Of a stretch of 64,000 nucleotides of DNA, positions 10,939-19,909 are shown one piece after another. The DNA lies in NCBI GenBank assembly GCA_045546275.1, contig JAZQCM010000001.1, forward strand, positions 256,142 to 320,141. Direction: 5' to 3'. The notes beneath the pieces are model-generated. The model was given only the letters and a program-made list of their open reading frames with translations. It was not told the origin of the DNA and ran no database searches. Made by a program: the position numbers and the translations under genes. Position 1 is the first letter of the stretch, and every line of letters begins with the position of its first letter. The DNA is from Clostridia bacterium. GTDB lineage: Bacteria > Bacillota > Clostridia > UMGS1883.

Positions 10939-11865
10939 TCAATTCTTCTGTACAATACTCATTTTCTTTTCAATGGGCTCATCAAAAATAAAATCTCCGA
11001 AGGTTGCGCCCTTTTCGCCCTCGATAAGTATCTGCACACTTTCAATATTTTCAAGACTGCACAAAGAGTTTACAATTGAGTAAACAATGAGCATTCCTGT
11101 GTTTGTGCCACCTGCAAATCTTGAAACAAAGTCCTCAGAGAAATTAACATAGCAAACCCCGTCTCGTGTTTCCACATTCTGAAGCTTTGTTCCCGAAGGT
11201 ATCATGCCTGTCAATTCGTGGGATGCCGGTCCCTTCATAAGTTCATTTACTATTGTTCTTTCAATAGAAACAGTATCTGCAGTAGTTACCTTCCTTGGTT
11301 CAGCTTTTAAGGCTGTTAAGTCGGAGTTCGCAAAATAAAGCTGGATAACCGTAGTTTCACTGTCAGACTGTGAGCCAACGGGCACGTCCAAAACAATGTC
11401 TTTCTTGCTTAACATCCCCACTTCATTGCCTGTTGAATTTGAAATTAAAGGCATTGAGTTTACAGTTATAAGAACATTTGATATACCGGGTATGTCACAA
11501 AGAGTTCTCACAACGGAAAACCTTGCCAAAAGTTCATCCACTCCCGTAAGAGAGGTGAATTCGTCAGAAAAATCTACTGTTGCGATTTCGTTTTTAACTG
11601 CCACCTTACCAAAGGTAACGTTTTCGGGCAGTGTTTTTCTTAAGTCTTCGTCTTCTGGTCCTGCATTGAGCTTTTCTATGGCGAAATTCGCCATATCAAC
11701 TATGTTTTGTGAGCCTGTATACTTTGCCGGCTCAACAATAAGCTCGTTTGTGGAACTACCCTTAAAATACAGATTAATTTCATTTTGTATTTTGTCCGAG
11801 TTAAAACATGCTGTCATGCACAAAAGAAGAGCAAAACACAATATAGCGGAAATTATACGTTTCAT
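10939..11865 (-). CDS. Lipoprotein with two GerMN domains
   Basis: Lipobox MTAC; repeated LYF...L.xGP...VDFS...SVVRTL/SIVNSL...V.I.V pattern. Confidence 0.85.
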   Translation of the reverse strand: MKRIISAILCFALLLCMTACFNSDKIQNEINLYFKGSSTNELIVEPAKYTGSQNIVDMANFAIEKLNAGPEDEDLRKTLPENVTFGKVAVKNEIATVDFSDEFTSLTGVDELLARFSVVRTLCDIPGISNVLITVNSMPLISNSTGNEVGMLSKKDIVLDVPVGSQSDSETTVIQLYFANSDLTALKAEPRKVTTADTVSIERTIVNELMKGPASHELTGMIPSGTKLQNVETRDGVCYVNFSEDFVSRFAGGTNTGMLIVYSIVNSLCSLENIESVQILIEGEKGATFGDFIFDEPIEKKMSIVQKN

Positions 11866-11876
11866 AAACAATCTCC

Positions 11877-13304
11877 TTATTTAAGAGTTATGGGAATAGT
11901 AATCTTGAATCGGCTACCAATGCCTTCTTCGCTGTTAACGTGTATGTTGCCGCCGTGAAGCTCAACTGCAGTAAGTGCAATTGACAAACCAAGACCTGTA
12001 CCGCCTGTTTCTCTTGCACGGGCTTTGTCAACACGATAAAATCTGTCGAATATACGGTAAACCTGGTCGGATGCAATGCCAATACCTGTGTCGGCAATTG
12101 TAATAACCGCACAGTTATCCTCGCGCTCAACTATCATTTTGACAACACCGCCTTCTTTAGTATATTTAATGCTGTTGTCAAGTATGTTATACAAAGCTTC
12201 CCATAATCTGTCTTTTTCAATTCTTGAAAAAATGCCTATATCAGAATCGTATTCCATTCTGATTTTTTTAGATTCAGCCAAAGGCTTTAGAGCACGGAAA
12301 ACGTTCTTAGTAAGCTCAGTAATGTCCATAACCGTAAATTCCATACGACTTACCGCCGCTTCATCATCCATTCGGGTCAAGGTTAAAAGCTTATCAATAA
12401 TTCTGGTAAGTCTGTCCACCTGAACGTTCATATCCTCCAAGAATTCCGACACCATTTCATAAGGTGCATTAGGTGTCTGAATCAGGGAATCCGCAATAAG
12501 CTTAATGGAACTAAGAGGTGTTTTCAATTCGTGCGAAGCATCAGAAACAAACTCTTGTCTTTTCTGCTCCTGAAGCTGTAATTTATCAATCTGTTTATTG
12601 AACGATTCCACAAGGTCACCTATTTCACCGTTGTTGGTTAAATCAAGCTTTTCTTCACTTCCGTTTTCGGTCATGGCAACCACGCTCTTTGTAAGCTTAC
12701 GAATAGGCTTTGTAATTACGCCTGAAAGGAAAAAACCGAACAGTGAAATTAAAATTGAAATTACCACCGCAAGGAAAAATACACTCTTTGTGGTATGCGC
12801 TGTGTATTCACTAATGCTTTCGGCACTGCACTGAAGTAAAATTGCACCTGTTATATTTTTATCGGCAATAATTGGCACCGCAGCACTTACCAAAAGCTCG
12901 TTTTCACCTGAATATTCACTGACTGACACATTTGTACCTGAAAGTGCATTTAAAACAGATTGCTTTAACATTGTTTTGCCAACCAAAGAGCCTTCTGTTA
13001 TAGAGTCATAGGTAATAATAGCATCACTGTTAAGCATGATAACTCTTGAACCTGCAGACAACTGTTGCTGTTTTAAAAGGTAAGATATTGTATCGGAGCT
13101 TAAGCTCTGATATTGTGATACATATCCTGACAAAACGTTAGCCTGGGTTAAAACCTCATTCTTCTTCTGGTTTAAAAGATAATTTGTTGTTGAATTGGAT
13201 GTGTACAACAAAAACAGGCTGGTTGTTAACAAAATAATAACAAGATATGTAACAATCAGCTGAAATCTGATTGTTGAAAAGAAATACTTAACTCTCTTTA
13301 AAAT
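11877..13304 (-). CDS. Membrane sensor histidine kinase (HAMP, HisKA, HATPase); start uncertain
   Basis: SDASHELKTPL, NILDNSIKY, DTGIG, FYRVDKAR, GGTGLGL. The frame stays open 5' of the track start (TTG 13232) to an ATT at 13304 that completes TM1. Confidence 0.9.
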   Translation of the reverse strand: MLKRVKYFFSTIRFQLIVTYLVIILLTTSLFLLYTSNSTTNYLLNQKKNEVLTQANVLSGYVSQYQSLSSDTISYLLKQQQLSAGSRVIMLNSDAIITYDSITEGSLVGKTMLKQSVLNALSGTNVSVSEYSGENELLVSAAVPIIADKNITGAILLQCSAESISEYTAHTTKSVFFLAVVISILISLFGFFLSGVITKPIRKLTKSVVAMTENGSEEKLDLTNNGEIGDLVESFNKQIDKLQLQEQKRQEFVSDASHELKTPLSSIKLIADSLIQTPNAPYEMVSEFLEDMNVQVDRLTRIIDKLLTLTRMDDEAAVSRMEFTVMDITELTKNVFRALKPLAESKKIRMEYDSDIGIFSRIEKDRLWEALYNILDNSIKYTKEGGVVKMIVEREDNCAVITIADTGIGIASDQVYRIFDRFYRVDKARARETGGTGLGLSIALTAVELHGGNIHVNSEEGIGSRFKITIPITLK

Positions 13305-13968
13305 AGTAGCCTACCCCCCATTTTGTAAGGATGTAAGTGGGATTAGCCGCATCGGGCTCAATCTTTTCACGAAGTCTTCTTACATGAACGTCAACTGTAC
13401 GTGCATCACCGGGATAATCATACCCCCAAATAATATCTAAAAGGTTTTCTCTTGAATAAACTTTGCCGGGATTTGTCGCAAAAAGCTCACAAAGGTCAAA
13501 CTCTTTAGCAGTAAGTTCAATTGTTTTGCCGTCAACCTTAACACGCCTGAGATTATAATTAAGCTCAACACTTCCTGAAGAGTACTTGTTTTTGTCCTGT
13601 GTTTCATTGTTTGAGCTTCTTCTTAAAATGGCCTTTATTCTTGCTTTGAGCTCTAAAATGTTAAATGGCTTTGTCATATAATCATCAGCGCCGTAATCAA
13701 GACCTAAAATTTTGTCCATGTCCTCAGTTTTTGCGGTGAGCATCACAATCGGAACCTGGGAAAACTCTCTTACTTTCTGGCACACAGTAAGTCCGTCAAT
13801 TTTAGGAAGCATAAGATCAAGAATAATAAGTGAAATACTCTTATCACGCGCCATCTTCAACGCTTCTTCACCGTCATAAGCTGTCTCAACCTCATATCCG
13901 TCTTGTTCAAGGTTAAATTTAATACCTTTCACAAGCAATTTTTCGTCATCAACAATCAGAATTTTCAC
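13288..13968 (-). CDS. OmpR/WalR-family response regulator
   Basis: ILIVDDE, LDLMLP, GADDYMTKPF, RTVDVHVRRLREKIE, TKWGVGY. Confidence 0.95.
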   Translation of the reverse strand: MKILIVDDEKLLVKGIKFNLEQDGYEVETAYDGEEALKMARDKSISLIILDLMLPKIDGLTVCQKVREFSQVPIVMLTAKTEDMDKILGLDYGADDYMTKPFNILELKARIKAILRRSSNNETQDKNKYSSGSVELNYNLRRVKVDGKTIELTAKEFDLCELFATNPGKVYSRENLLDIIWGYDYPGDARTVDVHVRRLREKIEPDAANPTYILTKWGVGYYFKES

Positions 13969-14000
13969 ACAGACACTTCCTTTAAAATAATTACTTATTC

Positions 14001-14029
14001 ATTATATCAGCAGTTTAAACTTTTTTCAA
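14001..14029 (-). promoter_or_regulatory. Sigma-A promoter of the response regulator operon
   Basis: TTGAAA (14029-14024)-17-TATAAT (14006-14001). Confidence 0.7.
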
Positions 14030-14054
14030 TATAAATTCAATATAAATTCAATAT
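14025..14054. repeat. Three TTCAATAT direct repeats at 11-bp period
   Basis: TTCAATATAAA TTCAATATAAA TTCAATAT, starting at 14025, 14036 and 14047. Confidence 0.85.
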
Positions 14055-14069
14055 CAAGTGGAAAATATC

Positions 14070-14099
14070 TTGCAAATAATATACATATTGTGGTATGAT
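14070..14099 (+). promoter_or_regulatory. Sigma-A promoter of the fhs operon (extended -10)
   Basis: TTGCAA-18-TATGAT, with TGn before the -10. Confidence 0.55.
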
Positions 14100-14123
14100 A
14101 TATAAAAATGCACATGAGGAGAG

Positions 14124-15797
14124 ATGAAAATGCTCAGCGATATCCAAATTGCTCAGAATGCCAATATGATACATATTGAAAAGGTTGCAGAAAAAGCAGG
14201 TATTTTACCTGAAGAACTGGAATTGTACGGAAAATACAAAGCTAAGCTCAGTGACGATTTAGCAAAGAGAGTTAAAAACAATCCCAATGGTAAGCTAATC
14301 CTTACAACAGCAATAAACCCCACTCCTGCAGGCGAAGGTAAAACAACAACATCGGTAGGTCTGGGACAAGCACTCTGCCGTATGGGCAAAAACGCTATAA
14401 TTGCTCTCCGTGAACCCTCATTAGGCCCTGTAATGGGCATTAAGGGTGGTGCTGCAGGCGGTGGCTACGCACAGGTTGTTCCCATGGAAGACATTAATCT
14501 TCATTTCACAGGCGACATGCACGCTATTACTGCTGCACACAATCTTTTGTCTGCTCTTATTGATAATCACATTCACCACGGCAACAGCCTTGGTATTGAT
14601 GCAAGACGAATTACCTTCAAGCGTGTTCTTGACATGAACGACCGTGCACTCAGAAGCATTGTTGTTTCTTTGGGCGGTAAACTTAATGGTTTCCCCCGCG
14701 AGGACGGCTTTATGATTACTGTTGCATCTGAAATTATGGCTATTTTATGTCTTTCTTCTGATTTGGCTGACCTTAAGAAGAGACTTGGTAATATTATAAT
14801 CGGTTATAATTATGAAGGTTTGCCGGTTAAGGCATCGGACCTTAATGCACAAGGTGCAATGACTGTGCTTTTGAAGGATGCGTTAAAACCCAACCTTATT
14901 CAGACACTTGAAAACACTCCCTGCATTATGCATGGCGGTCCTTTTGCAAACATTGCACATGGCTGTAACAGCCTTATCGCAACACGCCTTGCACTTAAGC
15001 TTTCCGATTATGTTGTAACAGAAGCCGGCTTTGGTGCTGACCTTGGTGCTGAAAAGTTCCTTGATATTAAGTGTAGAGTGGGCGGTCTTAAACCCGATGC
15101 AGTTGTTCTGGTTGCTACCTGCCGTGCACTTAAATATAATGGCGGTGTTCCTAAAACCGAAGTTTCCAACGAAAATGTGGATGCTCTTATAAAAGGTCTT
15201 CCCAACCTTGAAAAGCACATTGAAAACATCAAGAAATATAATCTTCCTGTTGTTGTTGCTATTAACCGTTTCCCAATGGACACAGATGCTGAACTTGAAG
15301 CAGTTAAGAATGCATGTGAAAAACTGGGTGCTAAGTTTGCTCTTTCCGAGGTTTTTGCAAAGGGCGGCGAAGGCGGTTTAGAGCTTGCTGAAAAGGTTCT
15401 TGAAGCTTTGGAAGAGCCCTCTGATTTTAAACCTATTTACGAACTTGAAGGCTCTTATTACGAAAAGTTTGAAACTATTGCAAAGGAAATTTACGGCGCT
15501 GACGGTGTTGATTATCTTCCTCAGGCACGTAAGGCAATTGACGAAATCACACAGCATGGCTATGTAAATCTTCCTATTTGCACAGCAAAGACACAGTATT
15601 CTCTTTCTGACAATCCTGCACTTTTAGCTCGTCCTGAAGGCTTCAGGATAACAGTTAAAGAGGTTCGTCTTTCTGCAGGTGCAGGCTTTGTGGTATTCTT
15701 AACCGGCGACATTATGACAATGCCCGGTCTTCCAAAGGTTCCTGCTGCAAACAATATTGACATTGACGAAAACGGCATTATCCAAGGCCTTTTCTAA
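14124..15797 (+). CDS. fhs: Formate--tetrahydrofolate ligase
   Basis: [48 protein letters not shown]. Confidence 0.98.
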   Translation: MKMLSDIQIAQNANMIHIEKVAEKAGILPEELELYGKYKAKLSDDLAKRVKNNPNGKLILTTAINPTPAGEGKTTTSVGLGQALCRMGKNAIIALREPSLGPVMGIKGGAAGGGYAQVVPMEDINLHFTGDMHAITAAHNLLSALIDNHIHHGNSLGIDARRITFKRVLDMNDRALRSIVVSLGGKLNGFPREDGFMITVASEIMAILCLSSDLADLKKRLGNIIIGYNYEGLPVKASDLNAQGAMTVLLKDALKPNLIQTLENTPCIMHGGPFANIAHGCNSLIATRLALKLSDYVVTEAGFGADLGAEKFLDIKCRVGGLKPDAVVLVATCRALKYNGGVPKTEVSNENVDALIKGLPNLEKHIENIKKYNLPVVVAINRFPMDTDAELEAVKNACEKLGAKFALSEVFAKGGEGGLELAEKVLEALEEPSDFKPIYELEGSYYEKFETIAKEIYGADGVDYLPQARKAIDEITQHGYVNLPICTAKTQYSLSDNPALLARPEGFRITVKEVRLSAGAGFVVFLTGDIMTMPGLPKVPAANNIDIDENGIIQGLF

Positions 15798-15808
15798 AGG
15801 ATTTTAAA

Positions 15809-16225
15809 ATGAAATTTATCTCAAAAAACGTTAACGAAACTGAAAATTTTGCGTATGAGCTTGCAAAGAAAATCACTCCCCCTCAGGTGGTTTGTCTCAT
15901 TGGCAATTTAGGGGCAGGTAAAACCGCTTTTACAAGAGGCTTTGCAAGATATTTCGGCATTGAAAAGGGCGTTGCATCCCCCACCTTCACAATTTTAATG
16001 AAGTACGAGGGCAATTGTGAAATCAATCACTACGACCTATACCGTGCCGAGGATTATGACGAGCTTTGCGACATAGGCTTTGAAGACCAGATAGAAGAAG
16101 GAATATCCTTAATCGAATGGCCAGATAAGTTTATGGAATATCTTCCGGAGGATAAAATTGTCGTAACCATTGAATATACGCAAAATGAAAATGAACGTGA
16201 AATAACAGTTGAAGGACTTGACTAA
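15809..16225 (+). CDS. tsaE: tRNA t6A biosynthesis ATPase TsaE
   Basis: GNLGAGKT, SPTF, HYDLYR, IEW. Confidence 0.95.
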   Translation: MKFISKNVNETENFAYELAKKITPPQVVCLIGNLGAGKTAFTRGFARYFGIEKGVASPTFTILMKYEGNCEINHYDLYRAEDYDELCDIGFEDQIEEGISLIEWPDKFMEYLPEDKIVVTIEYTQNENEREITVEGLD

Positions 16226-16226
16226 A

Positions 16227-16925
16227 ATGAACATACTGGCAGTTGATACTTCTGCACTTACGGCAACAGTTTCCGTGTTTAAGGATGGTGTTTCCGTATT
16301 TGAAAACAACATAACAAACGCACTCACCCATTCGGAAACCTTAATGCCCATGATTGATTATGCATTAAAAAGCGTAAAGATGGACATTTCTGATATTGAT
16401 TTATATGCGGTGTCACAAGGACCCGGTTCCTTTACCGGAATAAGAATAGGTGTAAGTGCAATAAAAGCTTTGGCTTACGCTACAAACAAAAAGGTTTACG
16501 GCATAAACACACTAAAAGCTCTGGCATACAACCTTTCCTGCATGGAAAGCATTAAAATTGTGCCCATAATGGATGCAAGACGAAGCCAGGTGTATTATGG
16601 TATTTATGAGTTTGTTAACGGCAAACTTATAGAGGTTGAAGCACCCGATGCAACAAGCGTTGAAGAATTGTGTGAAAAAATCGATTTCCCCTGCTGTTTT
16701 GTAGGTGACGGTGTTAAGGTGTACCGTGATATAATACAAAAAATGTTGGGTGAAAATGCAACCTTCGCTCCTGCACATATGCAACTGCAGAAAGCTGCGA
16801 GCATTGCCTACGCTGCAACAATGGCTGATGAAGAGGATTTTTTGTCTCCCGAAGCTTTAGAGGTCATATATTTACGAAAATCACAGGCTGAAAGAGAACG
16901 TGAAGAGAAAGAAAGGATGGATTAA
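16227..16925 (+). CDS. tsaB: tRNA t6A biosynthesis protein TsaB
   Basis: MNILAVDTS, HSETL, GPGSFTGIRIG, DARR, YLRKSQAE. Confidence 0.95.
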   Translation: MNILAVDTSALTATVSVFKDGVSVFENNITNALTHSETLMPMIDYALKSVKMDISDIDLYAVSQGPGSFTGIRIGVSAIKALAYATNKKVYGINTLKALAYNLSCMESIKIVPIMDARRSQVYYGIYEFVNGKLIEVEAPDATSVEELCEKIDFPCCFVGDGVKVYRDIIQKMLGENATFAPAHMQLQKAASIAYAATMADEEDFLSPEALEVIYLRKSQAEREREEKERMD

Positions 16926-16927
16926 TT

Positions 16928-17368
16928 ATGAAAATTGCAATTGCTGCCGATCACGGCGGATTTGAACTTAAGGGTGTTCTTATTGAATATCTTAAGGAAA
17001 AGGGCTACGAAATGGTAAATTTAGGCACCGACAGTGCCGACAGCGTTGACTATTCTGACTATGCAGAAAAATGCGCTGATGCTGTTTTGAACACAGATGT
17101 TGACTTTGGTATTGTTGTTTGCGGCACAGGTATTGGTATTTCTATTGCGGCAAATAAAATTGACGGCATAAGATGTGCACTGGTGCACTCCCCCGAAACC
17201 GCCGCATTAGCAAAGCAGCATAACAATGCAAACATTATTTCTCTCGGCGGCAGAACAACAAGCGACGAGCTTGCAAAGAAAATCGTTGACTCTTTCATTT
17301 CTGCTAAATTTGAAGGCGGTCGTCATCAGAGAAGAGTTGACAAAATCATGGCTCTTCAGTCAAAGTAA
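16928..17368 (+). CDS. rpiB: Ribose-5-phosphate isomerase B
   Basis: [25 protein letters not shown]. Confidence 0.96.
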   Translation: MKIAIAADHGGFELKGVLIEYLKEKGYEMVNLGTDSADSVDYSDYAEKCADAVLNTDVDFGIVVCGTGIGISIAANKIDGIRCALVHSPETAALAKQHNNANIISLGGRTTSDELAKKIVDSFISAKFEGGRHQRRVDKIMALQSK

Positions 17369-17385
17369 TCGGAGGTTTACCAACT

Positions 17386-17844
17386 ATGAAATGTCCCTTT
17401 TGTGATTTTACCGACAGTAAGGTAATCGATTCACGTCCCACTGAAGAAGGCTCTTCCATCAGAAGAAGACGTGAATGTATTGAATGCGGAAGACGATTTA
17501 CAACCTACGAAAAGGTTGAAAGCATTCCGATTATGGTTATTAAAAAAGACCAGACCCGCGAACCCTTTGACCGCAACAAGGTTTTGTCAGGCATTATAAA
17601 GGCTTGTGAAAAACGACCTGTTGAAACAGAAAAAATGGTTGAAATGGTTGACAATATCGAAGCTGAAATCCAGAATCTTATGGACCGTGAGGTTACCAGC
17701 GACCAGATTGGTGAAATGGTAATGAGCGAGCTTAAACGAACAGATGAGGTTGCATATGTTCGTTTTGCATCTGTTTATCGTCAGTTTAAGGACATAAACA
17801 CATTCCTTGCCGAAGTTAATAAGCTTTTGACCGACAAAAAATAA
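17386..17844 (+). CDS. nrdR: Transcriptional repressor NrdR
   Basis: MKCPFC...[17 protein letters not shown] zinc ribbon, ATP cone, AYVRFASVY. Confidence 0.97.
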   Translation: MKCPFCDFTDSKVIDSRPTEEGSSIRRRRECIECGRRFTTYEKVESIPIMVIKKDQTREPFDRNKVLSGIIKACEKRPVETEKMVEMVDNIEAEIQNLMDREVTSDQIGEMVMSELKRTDEVAYVRFASVYRQFKDINTFLAEVNKLLTDKK

Positions 17845-17849
17845 TGTTT

Positions 17850-17876
17850 AAAAGAGCGATATTTTCGCTCTTTTTT
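17850..17876 (+). terminator. Rho-independent terminator
   Basis: AAAAGAGCGA-tattt-TCGCTCTTTTTT. Confidence 0.85.
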
Positions 17877-17913
17877 CTTTGTGTTTTCATCGACAAAAAT
17901 TTCAAAAAAACTA

Positions 17914-17942
17914 TTGTATTTACAAATAAACTATTGTATAAT
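17914..17942 (+). promoter_or_regulatory. Sigma-A promoter of the pot operon
   Basis: TTGTAT-17-TATAAT, overlaid by two AAACTATTGTAT copies 20 bp apart. Confidence 0.55.
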
Positions 17943-18014
17943 TCACTTGTATGCTTTTGTTGGTTTTTGGAGCATACTTCTTATACTTGAAATTTCATAT
18001 GAAGGAGCAAACGG

Positions 18015-19055
18015 TTGGAAAATATTATTAGTTTGAGAAATGCAGTTGTCGAGTATGACGGGGATATTGTTTTGAAAGGCATTAACCTTGATATTGCCGA
18101 CAAGCAGTTTGTTACTTTACTTGGACCTTCGGGTTGTGGAAAAACAACTACATTAAGGATTATCGGAGGCTTTCTGCAAATGAAGTGTGGAGAGCTTTAT
18201 TTTGATGGGAAAAAGATTGATGCTCTTCCTGCATATAAGAGAAACATCAACACTGTTTTCCAGAAGTATGCACTCTTCCCCCACCTTAATGTGTATGAAA
18301 ACATAGCCTTTGGTTTAAGATTAAAGAAAATGAAGGAAGCTGAAATTAAGGAAAACGTTACGGAAATGCTACGTCTTGTTAACCTTTCGGGCTATGAAAA
18401 ACGTTCAGTAAACTCTCTTTCCGGCGGTCAGCAACAGAGAGTTGGTATTGCACGCGCTCTTGTAAACAGACCCAGGGTTCTTCTTCTGGACGAGCCTTTA
18501 GGTGCACTTGACTTAAAGCTTCGTAAGGAAATGCAGATTGAACTTAAGAAAATTCAGAAGAGTTTAGGCATTACTTTCATTTACGTTACACACGACCAGG
18601 AAGAAGCCCTCACAATGAGCGACACAGTGGTTGTTATGAATCATGGCCAGATTCAGCAAATAGGTACTCCCGAAGACATTTACAACGAACCTGTAAATGC
18701 CTTTGTTGCGGACTTTATCGGTGAAAGCAACATTATTGACGGCGTAATGGAAAAGGATTATTTTGTTACCATTGACGGCGTTGGTTTTGAATGCGAAGAT
18801 AAAGGCTTTGGCAAGGAAAACCTTGTTGACGTTGTAATTCGTCCTGAAGATATTAAGGTTGTTTCACCTGACAGCAACGCAATTGTTGGCGTTGTTAAGG
18901 ATGTTATATTTAAGGGAGTTCACTTTGAAATTTTGGTTGAAACTGATAATTTCCTTTGGAAAATTCATTCCACAAAAAGCCAGGAAATCGGTGAACGTAT
19001 CGGCATGACGCTTCAGCCTAACGATATTCATATTATGCGTAAGCTTAAGGAATAA
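18015..19055 (+). CDS. potA: Spermidine/putrescine ABC transporter ATPase
   Basis: [35 protein letters not shown]; TTG start after GAAGGAG. Confidence 0.93.
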   Translation: MENIISLRNAVVEYDGDIVLKGINLDIADKQFVTLLGPSGCGKTTTLRIIGGFLQMKCGELYFDGKKIDALPAYKRNINTVFQKYALFPHLNVYENIAFGLRLKKMKEAEIKENVTEMLRLVNLSGYEKRSVNSLSGGQQQRVGIARALVNRPRVLLLDEPLGALDLKLRKEMQIELKKIQKSLGITFIYVTHDQEEALTMSDTVVVMNHGQIQQIGTPEDIYNEPVNAFVADFIGESNIIDGVMEKDYFVTIDGVGFECEDKGFGKENLVDVVIRPEDIKVVSPDSNAIVGVVKDVIFKGVHFEILVETDNFLWKIHSTKSQEIGERIGMTLQPNDIHIMRKLKE

Positions 19056-19102
19056 TTTTTCCGTATTGGTTTTAAATTTTTTTACGGAAAAGAGGTATAG
19101 AT

Positions 19103-19909
19103 ATGAAATCAAAAGCTGTTGCTGTCCCCTATTATGTGTGGATGGTTGTTTTTACAATTGTTCCATTATTTCTTGTAGGCATTTTTGCATTCACTGACGG
19201 AGATACAGGAAAGTTTACACTTTCAAACTTTTTTGAAATTGCCAAATATTTACCCACATTGTGGCGTTCAATTTACTACGCTGTTATAACAACTATTGTG
19301 TGCCTTCTTTTAGGTTTTCCTGCAGCGTATATCATTTCAAGACTGCCCGAAGAAAAGCAGTCTACTGTTCTTATGCTTTTAATGCTTCCCATGTGGATAA
19401 ACTTCATTTTGAGAACATATGCATGGATGAACATTTTAGATGCAAACGGTTTTATTAACCAGATACTTATGTTTTTCGGCTTAAAGCCCTTAAAAATGCT
19501 TAACACCTCTGCGGCGGTAATTTTAGGTATGATTTATAACAATCTGCCCTTTATGATTTTACCATTATATTCAATCATGACTAAAATTGACAAAAGCGTG
19601 ATTGAAGCTGCTCAGGACTTAGGTTGTTCCGATTCGAGCGTTATTAAAAAAGTAATTGTTCCCCTTTCAATTCCCGGCATTTCAACAGGCATCACCATGG
19701 TTTTTGTGCCTTCTGTATCAACATTCATTATTTCAAGAATGTTATCTGGATCAACAATCGGTCTTATTGGTGACCTTATTGAACAGGAGTTTTTAGGACT
19801 TAACTATGACCCCTATGTTGGTTCTGCCTTAAGCCTGATACTTATGGTAATTGTACTGATTATTATCGGCATATTTAACCAGTTCGGAGGGGAGGATGCT
19901 GTGGTATGA
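19103..19909 (+). CDS. potB: Spermidine/putrescine ABC transporter permease
   Basis: PMWINFILRTYAW, LPFMILP, EAAQDLG. Confidence 0.92.
   Translation: MKSKAVAVPYYVWMVVFTIVPLFLVGIFAFTDGDTGKFTLSNFFEIAKYLPTLWRSIYYAVITTIVCLLLGFPAAYIISRLPEEKQSTVLMLLMLPMWINFILRTYAWMNILDANGFINQILMFFGLKPLKMLNTSAAVILGMIYNNLPFMILPLYSIMTKIDKSVIEAAQDLGCSDSSVIKKVIVPLSIPGISTGITMVFVPSVSTFIISRMLSGSTIGLIGDLIEQEFLGLNYDPYVGSALSLILMVIVLIIIGIFNQFGGEDAVV

Noticed and set aside
14025-14054. CRISPR array or iteron interpretation of the short repeats
   Set aside because: Only 8-11 bp units with no spacers; no cas or rep genes in the window.
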